From Octopus vulgaris (lineage: Eukaryota), in contig OX597817.1 of assembly GCA_951406725.2 (NCBI GenBank), positions 115,258,001 through 115,322,000 of the forward strand: a stretch of 64,000 bases of DNA. The letters are read 5' to 3'. Shown here one piece after another: positions 11,575-26,099 of the stretch. How positions within the stretch are numbered: position 1 is the first letter of the stretch; each line of letters begins with the position of its first letter. The notes beneath the pieces were generated by a model. The model ran no database searches, had not been told where the DNA came from, and worked only from the letters and a program-made list of their open reading frames with translations. A program made the translations under genes and the position numbers.

Positions 11575-11599
11575 AATAATAATAATAATAATAATAATT

Positions 11600-11965
11600 A
11601 TTATTATTTAAGACCGCACAGTTTCCAATATCGTGATGTTGACTGAAGATGTGTTTACCAGGGGTTTGAACAGTCTGTCAAGTCACAACAAATCCTCTGA
11701 CAAACAGTACTTTATGCAATATGCGTGCAGTTCCAAATAATGCCAATTTTTGCAATACACGTAGATTGTAGCGTATTTCTAAAATTTCCAGGTGTTTCTT
11801 TAGGTTGGGTGATATTGAACCCAATGATCCATTTACAATTGGGACAGCTTTTATGTTGTCATATGTCAGCGATCTCAATTCTCAGGTCTCCATATTTATC
11901 AATCTTTTCTCTTTCTTTCATATAATATGTTGATCTCCTGGCACTGCCACGCCTATTATTAGACA
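11600..11965 (-). mobile_element. R4/Dong-clade LINE 3' fragment (restriction-like endonuclease C-terminus)
   Basis: IIGVAVPGDQ..EREKIDKYGDLRIEI and VPIVNGSLGSISPNLKKHLEILEI..LQKLALFGTARILHKVL; abuts (TAA)n. Confidence 0.8.
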
Positions 11966-12086
11966 CTCATGTTTGAAGCTCCGAAAGGTTACTGTTTCCG
12001 CTCTTCAGTGCTCTCACACCTTGTCTGGAACTCAAGGTCTCAAAAGATTTTTGCCTTCCCTTTTTCTGGTGTATATTGGTACTAAG

Positions 12087-12177
<91 letters not shown>

Positions 12178-12198
12178 GTTATTATTATTATTATTATT
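12087..12198. repeat. (ATT)n microsatellite
   Basis: Direct inspection. Confidence 0.95.
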
Positions 12199-12337
12199 AA
12201 GGCGGCAAGCTGGCAGAATTGCTAACACTACAGGCGAAATGCTAATCGGTATTTCGTCCGTCACTACATTCTGAGTTCAAATTCCGTGAAAGTCGACTTC
12301 GCGTTTCATCTTTTCGGGGTCAATAAACTAAATAGCA
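12199..12337 (+). mobile_element. tRNA-derived SINE family B (aaggcggcgagctggcagaa head), 5' half
   Basis: Matches the fuller copies at 24348-24580 and 47734-48143; B-box-like gagttcaaattcc. Confidence 0.8.
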
Positions 12338-12340
12338 GGG

Positions 12341-13892
<1,552 letters not shown>

Positions 13893-13909
13893 ATTATTAT
13901 TATTTAGTT

Positions 13910-14680
13910 TAGTTGTCAAAGTTCTTTCGTCACACATTCTGTGACCTTTGAGCGACTTTCTCTACCATGTTTCTCCTTTTCTCTTGCCTGTTTTAGTGCT
14001 ATTTGATTCTCATTTATACTTTATTGTTTTCTTACACAGAGAAACATATTTTGTTTTAATGTTTCCTTATTACAGTAATCTCTTCCACTTAGATTGTTTC
14101 TGTGCAAACCTAATATTATGCTTTTTTGATAATAACTGGCAGAGACTACCGAGAGTTTCGTGCACTGGCAGAATATTTTGATAAGTGCCAACACACGAGA
14201 CACCTGGGTGTTGAGTCACTCTGTAACTTCTGACAATTATTAATATATGTATTCATGTGAGTTCTATTTCCCTGTTTGCATCATCAAACCTAACTCTAAA
14301 TTATTAATTTGTCGAAGATTTCTCTATGTGACACACCTCATCCACCGCTGAAGTACTTTTACTGATTTTAGTTATTTGACTACTGGCTCTCCTCCTTCCT
14401 GCTAAACTCTTCCCTAACCTCCCTTTCGCGTCCCTCCCCACCTCTTTCTTCTCTCTCTTTCCAACCATGTTTCTTTTTGCATATGTGTATACAATGTTGA
14501 ACCTTTAATCCCAGCACAAGTTTTTCTCTCTCCATTTTTTCAATCTCAATCCTTGCTGTCGAGGAGCACGGGCTGGAACATCAAAGACTTTTTCCATTCT
14601 TTCCGAGCATTAAACTGATGCACCCTCTTGTTGTTCCTTCATTTCTGTTGGTCTTTTGCTTTCTGTAAATTTGATCTATA
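13910..14680 (+). mobile_element. Decayed PLE 3' end/pLTR with relic HHR
   Basis: Relic core ctgtcga-g-gagc-acgg-gctg-gaa at ~14536, pyrimidine-rich UTR, ends in (TA)n. Confidence 0.4.
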
Positions 14681-14732
14681 TATATATATATGTTTGTGTG
14701 TGCATGTGAATGTGTGTGTGTGTGTATATAAC

Positions 14733-14947
14733 TTACTCTTTACTCTTTTACTTGTTTCAGTCATTTGACTGCGGCCATGCTGGAGCACCGCCTTTAGTCG
14801 AGAAAATCGACCCCGGGACTTATTCTTTGTAAGCCCAGTACTTATTCTATCGGTCTCTTTAACCGAACCGCTAAGTGACAGCGACGTAAACACACCAGCA
14901 TCGGTTGTCAAGCAATGCTAGGGGGACAAACACAGACACACAAACAT

Positions 14948-14980
<33 letters not shown>

Positions 14981-15152
14981 CATATATACGACGGGCTTCT
15001 TCCAGTTTCCGTCTACCAAATCCACTCACAAGGCTTAGGTCGGCCCGAGGCTATAGTAGAAGACACTCGCCCAAGATGCCACGCAGTGGGACTGAACCCG
15101 GAACCATGTGGTTGCTAAGCAAGCTACTTACCACACAACCACTCCTGCGCCT
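14733..15152 (-). mobile_element. tRNA-derived SINE family A (full length, internal (TA)/(TG) microsatellite, AGAGTAA-type tail)
   Basis: Head aggcgcaggagtggttgtgtggtaag (A-box), gggttcagtcc (B-box), body ..gagtggatttggtagacggaaactg.., tail gactgaaacaagtaaaagagtaaagagt. Several homologous copies in the window. Confidence 0.92.
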
Positions 15153-15338
15153 TATATGTATGTATGTATGTATGTATGTTTGTATATATGACTATATGAA
15201 TATGCATATATACGCATGTGCACTTGCGTGTGCGTTTATATGTCAGTGTTCATGTTGAAATATTAGGAAAACTAATGTCCTGTGTTTAGGCTAATATAGC
15301 AATTCGACAGAGACATTGATCAAATAGGTACCACAGTT

Positions 15339-15762
15339 CCAAAGTTAGCAAATACTGTGGTTAATATGATCGACTAAAACATCCAACTATTCATGTAGGT
15401 TTCTTTCCATCTTCTTGTAATGGAGTTATTTCTGAAATGATGATACGCACGCGCGCGCACACACACACACGCACACATGATCTTCTAATGACGACACTTT
15501 TGTTCTTTTTCTCTATTTTTGTGTTTCGTCGCCTGTCTCGAAGAGCGTCTGCTCCAAACGTAAACATCTACTTTTCCTCAGCGTACACCTTATATGCCTG
15601 GTCTGTTTGTTTTGTAAATATTCTTCATGTTTTTTTTAATAATTTTTGTTACATAAACATACACATACACACGTGCGCGCGCACACTCGCGCACGCATAT
15701 ACATTCATATACATTCTACACAAACGCGCACATGTAAGATATACAATAATAAAATCAAAGTA

Positions 15763-15799
<37 letters not shown>

Positions 15800-15809
15800 T
15801 AGATAGATA

Positions 15810-15881
<72 letters not shown>

Positions 15882-16984
15882 CATATATATATAAATGTAT
15901 ATATATAATAAATATATATGTATAAGTGTACATATATATATATATATATATATGTATATGTATATATGTGTGTATATATATATGTATATATATATATATA
16001 GAAAGAGAGGTAGTGAGAGAGCTATATATACATAGATAATAGATAGATATAGATATAGGCATACACGCATAAGTGTAAATAAATATAATATATATCCATA
16101 CACGCAAATGCACACACACACACACACAGACACATATATATATGTATCAAATATATGCTTCTGCGTGTTCTGTTTCGTGTGGGCGATATATTTGTTAGCT
16201 GCCCAATTTTCTCATTTGTATTTTGTATATATGGATGGGTCTATATTTAATAGATAATATATTTGCGTTATGATATGTATATTATATTCTTTTTTCTAGC
16301 ATTATATGTCATTTTCTTTGTTAATGTTTGTCAGATTTTGCATCTTATATTTCTTAACTTCCTCATAAGATATCGTATTTCGTCCATGTTTTTGTATGTT
16401 AATTTTCTCTTTTTTTCTTTTATCTTAATATATCTCTGCTGATATTTTTCTTATACGTTTTGTTCTCTCTCATACATTTTATAATATATTTCTTATTTTT
16501 TCTTAGATTTGGAAATGACAGTCCAAACCCTTACGTTTGCATGATGCATAATTCAGTCTTTCGAACATGAAATATAATCCACACCACGGACTACTAGCTT
16601 TAATGAACAATCAATAATGCAGTCTAGAGTACGTGTGCAGTCACCTATAATTATGTGCATAATAATTTCCACAACTTCCTATAGAATTCAGTCAACAATT
16701 TTTCTCGTTTCATATTTTCTCAAGTAAACTAGTAATTTAGTTCAGTTTGGCGGTTATTTGTGTTTGGTTATTTTGTTATTTATTTTTGACTTCTTTTAAT
16801 ATCTCTGTAGAAGTTGTAGTACTAGTAGTAGTGGTGATGGTGGGGGTGGTTGTGGTCGTGGTAGTAATAGCGGTGGTGGTCGTTTTCGTCGTAAAAGGAA
16901 AAAAAAGAAGGCGAAGTAATGACTTTTCTTTTTACGTCGAAAGTCTTGTCTTGCCTTTATTTTATATATATCTATATATCTATC

Positions 16985-17015
<31 letters not shown>

Positions 17016-17526
17016 TCAATATAGGGTGGCAAAAAAAGTAGAATTCTTTTGCCACCAGCGGCCTAGTAGGAAAAAATTAAAATAGTCATAGACCAAAGTT
17101 AGCAAATACTGTAAGTTAATATGATCGACTAAAACATCCAACTACTCATGTAGGTTTCTTTCCCTCTTCTTGTAATGGAGTTATTTCTGAAATGATGATA
17201 CGCACGCGCGCATACACACACACACACACACACACTACACATGATCTTCTAATGACGACACTTTTGTTCTTTTTCTCTATTTTTGTGTTTCGTCGCCTGT
17301 CTCGAAGAGCGTCTGCTCCAAACGTAAAGATCTACTTTTCCTCAGCGTACACCTTATATGCCTGGTCTGTTTGTTTTGTAAATATTCTTCATGTTTTTTT
17401 TTATAATTTTTGTTACATAAACATACACATACACACGTGCGCGCGCACACACACGCACGCATATACATTCATATACATTCTACACAAACGCGCACATGTA
17501 AGATGTACAATAATAAAATCAAAGTA

Positions 17527-17571
<45 letters not shown>

Positions 17572-17787
17572 TATCTATATAAATGTATATATATAATAAA
17601 TATATATGTATAAGTGTACATATATATATGTATATGTATATATGTGTGTATATATATATACATATGTATATATATACAGAGAGAGAGGTAGTGAGAGAGC
17701 TATATATACATAGATAATAGATAGATATAGATATAAGCATACACGCATAAGTGTAAATAAATATAATATATATCCATACACGCAAAT

Positions 17788-17824
<37 letters not shown>

Positions 17825-18662
17825 TATATATGTATCAAATATATGCTTCTGCGTGTTCTGTTTCGTGTGGGCGATATATTTGTTAGCTGCCCAATTTTCT
17901 CATTTGTATTTTGTATATATGGATGGGTCTATATTTAATAGATAATATATTTGCGTTATGATATGTATATTATATTCTTTTTTCTAGCATTATATGTCAT
18001 TTTCTTTGTTAATGTTTGTCAGATTTTGCATCTTATATTTCTTAACTTCCTCATAAGATATCGTATTTCGTCCATGTTTTTGTATGTTAATTTTCTCTTT
18101 TTTCTTTTATCTTAATATATCTCTGCTGATATTTTTCTTATAGGTTTTGTTCTCTCTCATACATTTTATCATATTTCTTATTTTTTCTTAGATTTGGAAA
18201 TGACAGTCCAAACCCTTACGTTTGCATGATGCATAATTCAGTCTTTCGAACATGAAATATAATCCACACCACGGACTACTAGCTTTAATGAACAATCAAT
18301 AATGCAGTCTAGAGTACGTGTGCAGTCACCTATAATTATGTGCATAATAATTTCCACAACTTCCTATAGAATTCAGTCAACAATTTTTCTCGTTTCATAT
18401 TTTCTCAAGTAAACTAGTAATTTAGTTCAGTTTGGCGGTTATTTGTGTTTGGTTATTTTGTTATTTATTTTTGACTTCTTTTAATATCTCTAGAAGTTGT
18501 AGTACTAGTAGTAGTGGTGATGGTGGGGGTGGTTGTGGTCGTGGTAGTAATAGCGGTGGTGGTCGTTTTCGTCGTAAAGGAAAAAAAAAGGCGAAGTAAT
18601 GACTTTTCTTTTTACGTCGAAAGTCTTGTCTTGCCTTTATTTTATATCTATCTATCTATCTA

Positions 18663-18710
<48 letters not shown>
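15339..18710. repeat. Tandem duplication, two ~1.65-kb units (15339-~17010; 17093-~18710), period 1754 bp
   Basis: Both units start ccaaagttagcaaatactgt and end ..gtcttgcctttattttatat + (TA)n. They are near-identical except microsatellite lengths and a few substitutions/indels, with a ~80-bp unique spacer. Confidence 0.95.
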
Positions 18711-18714
<4 letters not shown>

Positions 18715-19376
18715 GAAGGTTGAAAAGGAATATGAATATGAATATATATATGTATATATATATATGTATGTATGTATGTAAAGTCATATTTAGCTAAGCC
18801 TTACATGAAGATATATGTTTTCAAAGTGATTATTCTTATAAAAGCCATACAAATGACTGATGCTTTCTGTGATACCAAACTTCATTAACTAGCTTAATTT
18901 CTGAGAATTCTCTTTCCAAAATAAAATCCAAATGTAAAATACATCGTATTAGCATCAATGGTGTTATCATTAATAGTAATAATTGCAAACGTCAATATTT
19001 ATATTAATAATAATCATCATTTTTATTATTGGTCTCACAGCCGTACACATACATTATAAAATATGTCATGCGTAAGATTTACAAACCATATTAAGATGTT
19101 AATATCCGTATACACATATAAATACATACATATACGTACATACATATATGGATACACACACATACATGCATAGATAAACACACATGCATACATGCATGCA
19201 TACATACATACATACATACATACATGCATACATACATACATACATACAAACATACATAGATAAATACATACATACATACATACATACATACATACAAACA
19301 TACATACATACATACATATATATTTTAAAATTATAAGTATATGAAAGAATGGAGTTGAACGACTAGTTAACAAATA

Positions 19377-19473
19377 TCCTTTATTCTCGACATATGTTTC
19401 GAAGGCTGCATATTCCTAATTCCGAAGGAATAAGGAGTACATTATGCAGATTTCTCATCAGGAAAATCAAGGA
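19377..19473 (-). ncRNA. Type I hammerhead ribozyme (PLE pLTR type) with intact core
   Basis: Minus strand: tccttg-attttc-CTGATGA-gaa.at.ctgcata...tatgcag.cc.ttc-GAAA-catatg-TC-gagaat-aaagga. Stems I and II pair, stem III is the palindrome CAUAUG, cleavage triplet GUC. Confidence 0.85.
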
Positions 19474-20929
19474 AATTATGTCGACATCAAAATGCACAAA
19501 AAACTTTTAGCTGACCGCTCTCAAGGAGCCCATGGCGATAATGAGTGTCTCTTTATAATGAGTGACGTCAGAGTGGCTGAATGTAGAAGAATCTAGAAGT
19601 TTCTAAAGGTTCAAGAGTTCAAACGGAGTAGGAGGAGGGAGGCATAAGAATAGTAAGGTGAGAGAGTGCAGGTTAAAAGAATGGTGGGTTTAAATGATTT
19701 CTTTTGTGAATGAGTACCTGTGTGTGTTCTTTCTGATGTGAATTTGCTACCCAGGTATCGGTTATCTTTCGAATTATCCTTAATAAGATAATTCATTCAA
19801 TTACTCAAATATACATACATACCTACATACGGTGGACTCTCCTATCGTATGAAGTTTTCGAAATTCCTTGCTGAGCAACATGCACATATGATTTGTTTAT
19901 AGTGATCAAATGTTTGTACTAGCACAGTGTACCACTCATGAGACGTCGATACGATCACAGATTAACATGAGTATGTGCGTATGTGTGTACATACATACGC
20001 ACATATAAATAGTAGGCGGGTGGATAGAAACCCAGTGTTTAGAAACAAGTTAAGCAGTTGTTAACAGTTTTAGTAGCAACCGATCAGCTGAAGAGCGAAT
20101 AACTGCGACCTATGTAGGAGCAGAACATTCCATAATCCTAAACACTTTCCCTTAGATTAATTCCTGAAAACTTTACATCCGTAGTCTCCATCGCCACTGT
20201 AACATTTAAGTATCTTATAGGGTATTACCCGTAAACTCATAACTGACGAACTGTAGACAAAGACCTCCACTGCGGCCAGCTAGCTAACTGTTCCAGCGAG
20301 AAGAGACTTCCGGTTGGGTGGTAAACCAGACCTGCGACGAAATGGCCGATCGTGCCCTCTCTATTACAGTGTAGATGAGTGAAGTCGAATAAATGATGCT
20401 TCGACACAAGAAATAACTGCGACAATAAAAACGCAAACCTGGCAATGGAAACAACCTCGAACATTAATATCAACTAGTTAAGTTAAATAACATAAGCAGC
20501 AGTTTCTATAGATACAAGAATATGTATTCGCTCAAATTTACTTATATATGAATTTACGAAACCCAGCATAAAAATGCAGAACATGTAGAAAAAAGATAGT
20601 AAATAAAACGAATGCTATCTGAATCAATAATAAGGATGCCGGAAATGAAGGATATTGAAGAAATTGCAAAGAACATTTTGGAATGAAATGCGACCATAAT
20701 TTTTGAGTCTAAAACAAACAGTTCTATTTCAAGTCAAATTTCTTTTGTCAAGAACTAGTTAAAAATAGAATAAAAATCAATGCAACATTAAAATCAAAAG
20801 AATGAGAAAAATTGTATGTGGGAAGAAGCATAGACAAGCGAAAAATTACTATAGACGATATTGTTAATAAAAGAAGAAAAAACAAACTATAGGCGCAGGC
20901 GTGGCTGTGTGGTAAGACGTTTGCTTCCC

Positions 20930-23421
20930 CTGCTTCTGCTCCCGCTAGTGTCAGTGCAGAAGTCGCCACGCTGGTGTACAGTTGACGAAATATTGATTGA
21001 AAAAGAAGCTCAGCTGTAAGGTAAGACTTGTTTTTTTTTGGACCAATGGGGGTTTGTTGTTTACTCTCTTTTACTCTATTTTACTTGTTTCAGTCATTTG
21101 ACTGTGGCCATGCTGAATCACCGCCTTTAGTCGAGCAAATCGACCCCAGGGCTTTTTCTTTGTAAGCCTAGTACTTATTCTATCGGTCTCTTTTGTCGAA
21201 CCGCTAAGTTACGGGGACGTAAACACACCAGCATCGGTTGTCAAGCGATGTTGGGGGACAAACACAGACACACAAACATATACACACACACATCTATATA
21301 TACATATACATATATAGGACTGGCTTCTTTCAGTTTCCGTCTACCAAATCCACTCACAAGCCTTTGGTTGGTCTGAGGCTATAGTAAAGACACCTGCCCA
21401 AGGTGCCACGCAGTGGGACTGAACCTGGAACCATGTAGTTTGCTGCATTATTTTTTGTACAAACAAGAAATCCTCACTGGTGTCTGGACTTTGGTCTGCC
21501 TACACTTGGGCAAAATTGTTCACTTTCAAGTGAATTTTTGGATACTCTGCCGCCATAAACTGTGGAACGTTTTCTGCTTTGTGAAAAACTTTTCTTCGTT
21601 GTGTAATTACCATTTAATGGTAAATTATTATTTGTTCCTGCTACTGTGTTGCCGACTCAACTGGAGTATCATTTTTGGGCCAGGAGTACCGTTTGGCCGG
21701 AATTTAATTTTTTGAAGAAGCTGTTGCAGTGATTTGAACTATCATAATGCAAACAACTGTTGTCGTGCTGAACTGTTTTTTCATTTCTTCTTATATTTTC
21801 TGTCTTTATGTTTTTCTCTTGTTTTCTTTCTAACTGTTTTATAATTTTAATTTTAAATCTTTACTTTTCATAATTTTTGTTGAACTATTAAGAGAACTTT
21901 CTTTAAAAAAACCATGGCGAAAAAGAATGTCTTGGAGTGGGAGATTATCCTACCAAAAGAATGGATTAAACAGCTATAGGAGAAGACGATGGTGTTGGGA
22001 ACATATTCGAAGGTCCTCGACGCTATCGTCGTGTTCTCCATAGCAGTAATAGAAGAAGAGTTGAAGGACTATCTACCAAATGTAAAAATTTATTGCACGG
22101 GTGTGTCGGATATATAACGATTTAGTTGCTATTTGACACCCCGGAGGAGGCTCGCATTTTATTGCCCTGGAGAGTAATAAAAGTTTGTTTCTTCCCACGT
22201 ATTGTGGGAGAAAACTGACGCGTGCTTGGATTTGCGTTTGCCACCGAATTTAAAATCAGGCTGGATAGAGGACACTATCCGCCGGGGTTTGGGCGGCAGC
22301 GGCACCGGCACCAAGCTCCTTAATGTTCAATTATTACCAGTGTCTCATTGGGTCGGATCAAGAGTTATTTTGACCCTGTGAACCCAATCAGTAAAGGAGT
22401 TAGTCTTTCTAAACATTTTAACTGTCTGGGAGAAGGTACCTAGTGATTCTTGAGGGTGGCCCTCCCCCAAGAGTCACTGGTGTCTGGAACCTGGCCATAC
22501 AAAAAAGAACTGCCCCAGGACCAAAGCAAGGTCCTGGAGCAGTTGGTTGAGGCCTCTGTAGAAGAGGGAACGGAGGCGGTCGAGGAGACGGAGGACTCTT
22601 CAAAGAAGGGTTGCAAGAGGAAGGTGAGCAATATTGGGTGCTCACCGAAGGATCCTAGGGATGAGGGAGGCGAGGCGGACCTCTCGGCCACGGAGGAAAC
22701 CCACCCTTCCTCAGTTAAGAGGAAGAAAAAGAGAAACGGGACATTGCCGGCAGTTGGTAACATAATACCGGAATGTCCCGGAACTTCGTCGGTGGGATTT
22801 GTGACACCGATGGTGGTAATGACTACCTCGTCCCCAGAAGAAGGTGAATTACTTGTCTTCTTCTACAGATGTGAAGTGGAGAAGATGTTGGAGAAGCACC
22901 ATAAGGGAGCAACTGTGACCTGCACACGGGATCCCGAATGGCCTCCGCAGATAGCTGTGGAGGTCATAACGTTGCCCGTGTTGCAAAGGCTGGAGAAGCT
23001 CAATGATGAATATCGCTTGTGGCCGGGCGACGCAGACACGCCACCCGCTTTGTGCTTGAATGAGGCGTGGTTAATGGTGGGGTACGGCGTCATAAGCGAT
23101 ACTGAAGAGGAATATGGGTAAGAGGCTGTATTGTGAACTGATAAACGGTTTGAAAACTCATTCTGTTTTTAACAGAGGCGTAGTGCCTCATTTTTGTGTT
23201 TTAATGAACAACTATGAACAATTGTAAGAAATTTATTGACTCATATATGATAAATAAAATAACAATGTTTTCGGAAACAGCCATCGGCGAGCGTTGTCTG
23301 TTTCCCCCATTAATCATCATTTTCACTTTTCATCTCATATAACATTATGTCTGTGTCCAACCGCTGCTTTATTATTTTTCTATGTAAGGCCATTATAGCC
23401 AATTTAATGAAATAAAGAAGA
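20930..23421 (+). mobile_element. ORF1-only non-autonomous non-LTR retroposon (L1/Tx1-ORF1-like, HAL1-like architecture) with TSD
   Basis: TSD ttgcttccc at 20921-20929 and 23422-23430. Disrupted ORF from accATGg at 21914 (MAKKNVLEWEIILPKEWIKQL*EKTMVLGTYSK...) to TAA 23121. AATAAA at 23411-23416 immediately before the right TSD. No RT or endonuclease motifs. Confidence 0.65.
21060..21438 (-). mobile_element. SINE family A (5'-truncated) nested in the 5' region of the ORF1-only element
   Basis: Near-identical to 14733-15152 from the tail to ..gaacctggaaccatgt. Confidence 0.9.
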
Positions 23422-24225
23422 TTGCTTCCCAACTATATGGTTCCGGGTTCAGTCCCTCAGCGTGGCACTTTTGGCAAGTGTCTTCTACTATAACCTCAGG
23501 CCGACCAAAGCCTTGTGAGTGGATTTGGTCAACGGGAACTGAAAGACGCCAGTCGGATATCTATATATATTTCTGTGTTTATATATCTGTATATATATAT
23601 ATATTTCTGTGTATGTGTGTCTTTGTGTCTTTTTGTCACCCACACAATCGCTTTACAACGGATGTTGGTGTCTTTATGTCGCAAAATCTAGCGGTTCGGC
23701 AAAAGAACTGATATAATAAGTACTAGGCTTACAAAGAATAAGTCCTGGGGGCGATTTGTTCGACTAAAGGTGGTGCTCCAGCATGGCCACTGTCAAATTA
23801 CTGATTTGTGTAAAAGAGTAAAAGAGTGTATATATATAAAAATAATTTAAAAAATTAGTTCGACTAAAAAACCCTCAAGGCTCTGTTCCAGCATGACCGA
23901 AGTCAAATGGCTGAAACAAGTAACAGAAAAAATAGTATAAAACGAATAAAACGAACTGATCACCGGTGTAACAGCGGTGTAACATAATTCTCCAAAGTGT
24001 GGTTAATACTTTTTTGATAGGAATACAAAAGGTACTAGTAGTGATGTTTAATAAGATAGTGAGAGAAAACACCTGATTGGTGAATTACGAGCAAAACAAT
24101 CTTAAACTGAAGAATAGAATAGAAAACAATACAGTGAAACCTAGATGATATAGATAACCTGCTTTACTACAGTTTAGAAAATCTTAACTACAGTATTATC
24201 ACAGAGAGCATTAACATTCAACTAT

Positions 24226-24782
24226 ATAGGCGCAGGCTTCCCAATCAAATAGCACCGGTTTCAGTCCTACTTGAGCTAATCTAACCAAAGCCCTGTGAAT
24301 GGATTTAGTAAGTAGAAACTGAAAGAATCCCGTCGTATACATATATATATTTCTTTAGTACCCACAAGGGGCTAAACACAGAGGGGACAAATAAGGACAG
24401 ACAAACGGATTAAGTCGATTACATTGACCCCAGTGCGTAACTGGTACTTAATTTATCGACCCCCAAAGGATGAAACGCAAAGTCGACCTCGGCGGAATTT
24501 GAACCCAGAACATAACGGCAGACGAAATACGGCTATGCATTTCTCCCGGCGTGCTAACGTTTCTGCCAGCTCGCCGCCTTACATATATAAGTGTGTGTGT
24601 TTGTGTGTGTGTGCATGTGTGCGTGTGTGCGTGTGCGCGCGAGTGTGTGTGTATGTGTGTGTGTGTGAGAGTGTGTGTGTGCATGCGTGTGTGTGTGACT
24701 TTGTGACATTGTGTCTGTGATTGCTCCCGCCGCCGCTTGATAGCTGTTATTGGTTTGTTCACGTCCCCATAACGTAGTGGCA
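24226..24782 (+). mobile_element. Decayed SINE family A interrupted by a family B SINE
   Basis: ataggcgcagg...gaaactgaaagaatcccgtcgtata, then resumes after 24580 as (TG)n..ttcacgtccccataac. Confidence 0.7.
24348..24580 (-). mobile_element. SINE family B, full length
   Basis: Minus strand aaggcggcgagctggcagaaacgttagcacgccggg...gggttcaaattccgccgaggtcgac...gccccttgtgggtactaaagaaata. Confidence 0.9.
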
Positions 24783-25214
24783 ATTTATATAACGTAGAGT
24801 CAATATATTCACCCCTTCAGCTTTGAAGAGTCCGACCAAGTTCAAAGTTAAGTAATTAAATTTTTTGGTTGCGGAAATAGACTTACGAATAGGAAGCTCG
24901 GCTAGATTGCAGTGTACTGATGAGATGAAATTCATCGAAATATTTCCCCATGGATATTCATAGCCCGCCTGCCACTCAAACATCTTTCAGTGTAATTTCA
25001 TCATAGATGAAAATATCTTTGTATTTTGTGAAGAAATGACAGAGAAATTCTATTAAACGAAGAATTTATTGGGAAGGAAATCATTACATTAAGTTTAAAA
25101 TTAGTTGTCTTAATTCAAGCTACTGGCATCTTCGAGTTTATTTCTTATGGCTACGTTTGTTGTTAATTATATGCATACACAAGTGCAAATATACAACCAT
25201 ATATATATATATAT

Positions 25215-25253
<39 letters not shown>

Positions 25254-25275
25254 TATGTATATATATATATATATA

Positions 25276-25321
<46 letters not shown>

Positions 25322-26099
25322 ATATGTATATATGTATATATTCACACACACACACACACATATCTATCTATATATATATATATATATTCATATATATGTT
25401 TATGTATATATGTATGTATGATAGTCATGTATTGGTTAGTTTCAGTAATGTTATTGTAAATCTTCCCCAACCCCGAAATATAAGTCAACGTTTTATTTCC
25501 AAAGACAGAACATAATGATTTCAAAGCTGATTTTTGAGTGACAACCTCTGGATATACTTTCGCCTAAATGGTAATTTTAACCCATACAACAAAGATATTT
25601 TGCAAGAGTGAACATGCCATTTTACGAATTTAGCAATAGAATTGTACTTATTTAATAGTCTACGGAAGTATGAAACAGTTTTACCTTCGGCAATCATTCA
25701 AGTTGAAAATGTGAAAGATTGCGAAGATATATTTCCTCTAGTTACATTACAAATTACTCTGCCAATATTCAAGGAACACACTTTTTGTAATTCAACAACA
25801 CCACAAACAGTAGCATAAGCATTCATGACTTTATTCAACAAAATAATTATAATTTAATCTCAATGTATAAACCCGAAAGGCAACATAAAAATAGAATCAT
25901 GAGTATAGAGTAGAAGTAGCCAACCACAAGAGAACCAAGATAAGCTGAAATAAAAACCATCAGAATCAGACAGCTGACAGAAACGGCAGCACAAACAAAT
26001 AAATAATATGACAAGAACGTCAATAATAATAATCCTTTTTGCTTAAGGCACAAGGCCTGAAATTTTGGGGCAGGGGTCCAGTCGATCGCATCGACTCCA

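Larger units (their letters stand above)
20889..23828 (+). mobile_element. SINE family A split into 20889-20929 and 23422-23828 by a 2.5-kb insertion
   Basis: Head ataggcgcaggcgtggctgtgtggtaagacgtttgcttccc continues as ttgcttcccaactatatggttccgggttcagtccc... at 23422. Confidence 0.88.

Noticed and set aside
11975-12020. ctgaaga-gcg-gaaa HHR-like motif on the minus strand
   Set aside because: Stem II is essentially absent and stem I is not complementary.
15040-15152. tRNA-like A/B boxes (also 20889, 23422, 29702)
   Set aside because: SINE heads; no complete cloverleaf or acceptor stem, so not called as tRNA genes.
15437-17527. Duplicated ORFs 15437..15763 and 17192..17527 as a paralogous gene pair
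   Set aside because: Low-complexity, (CA)n-driven frames inside a non-coding tandem duplication.
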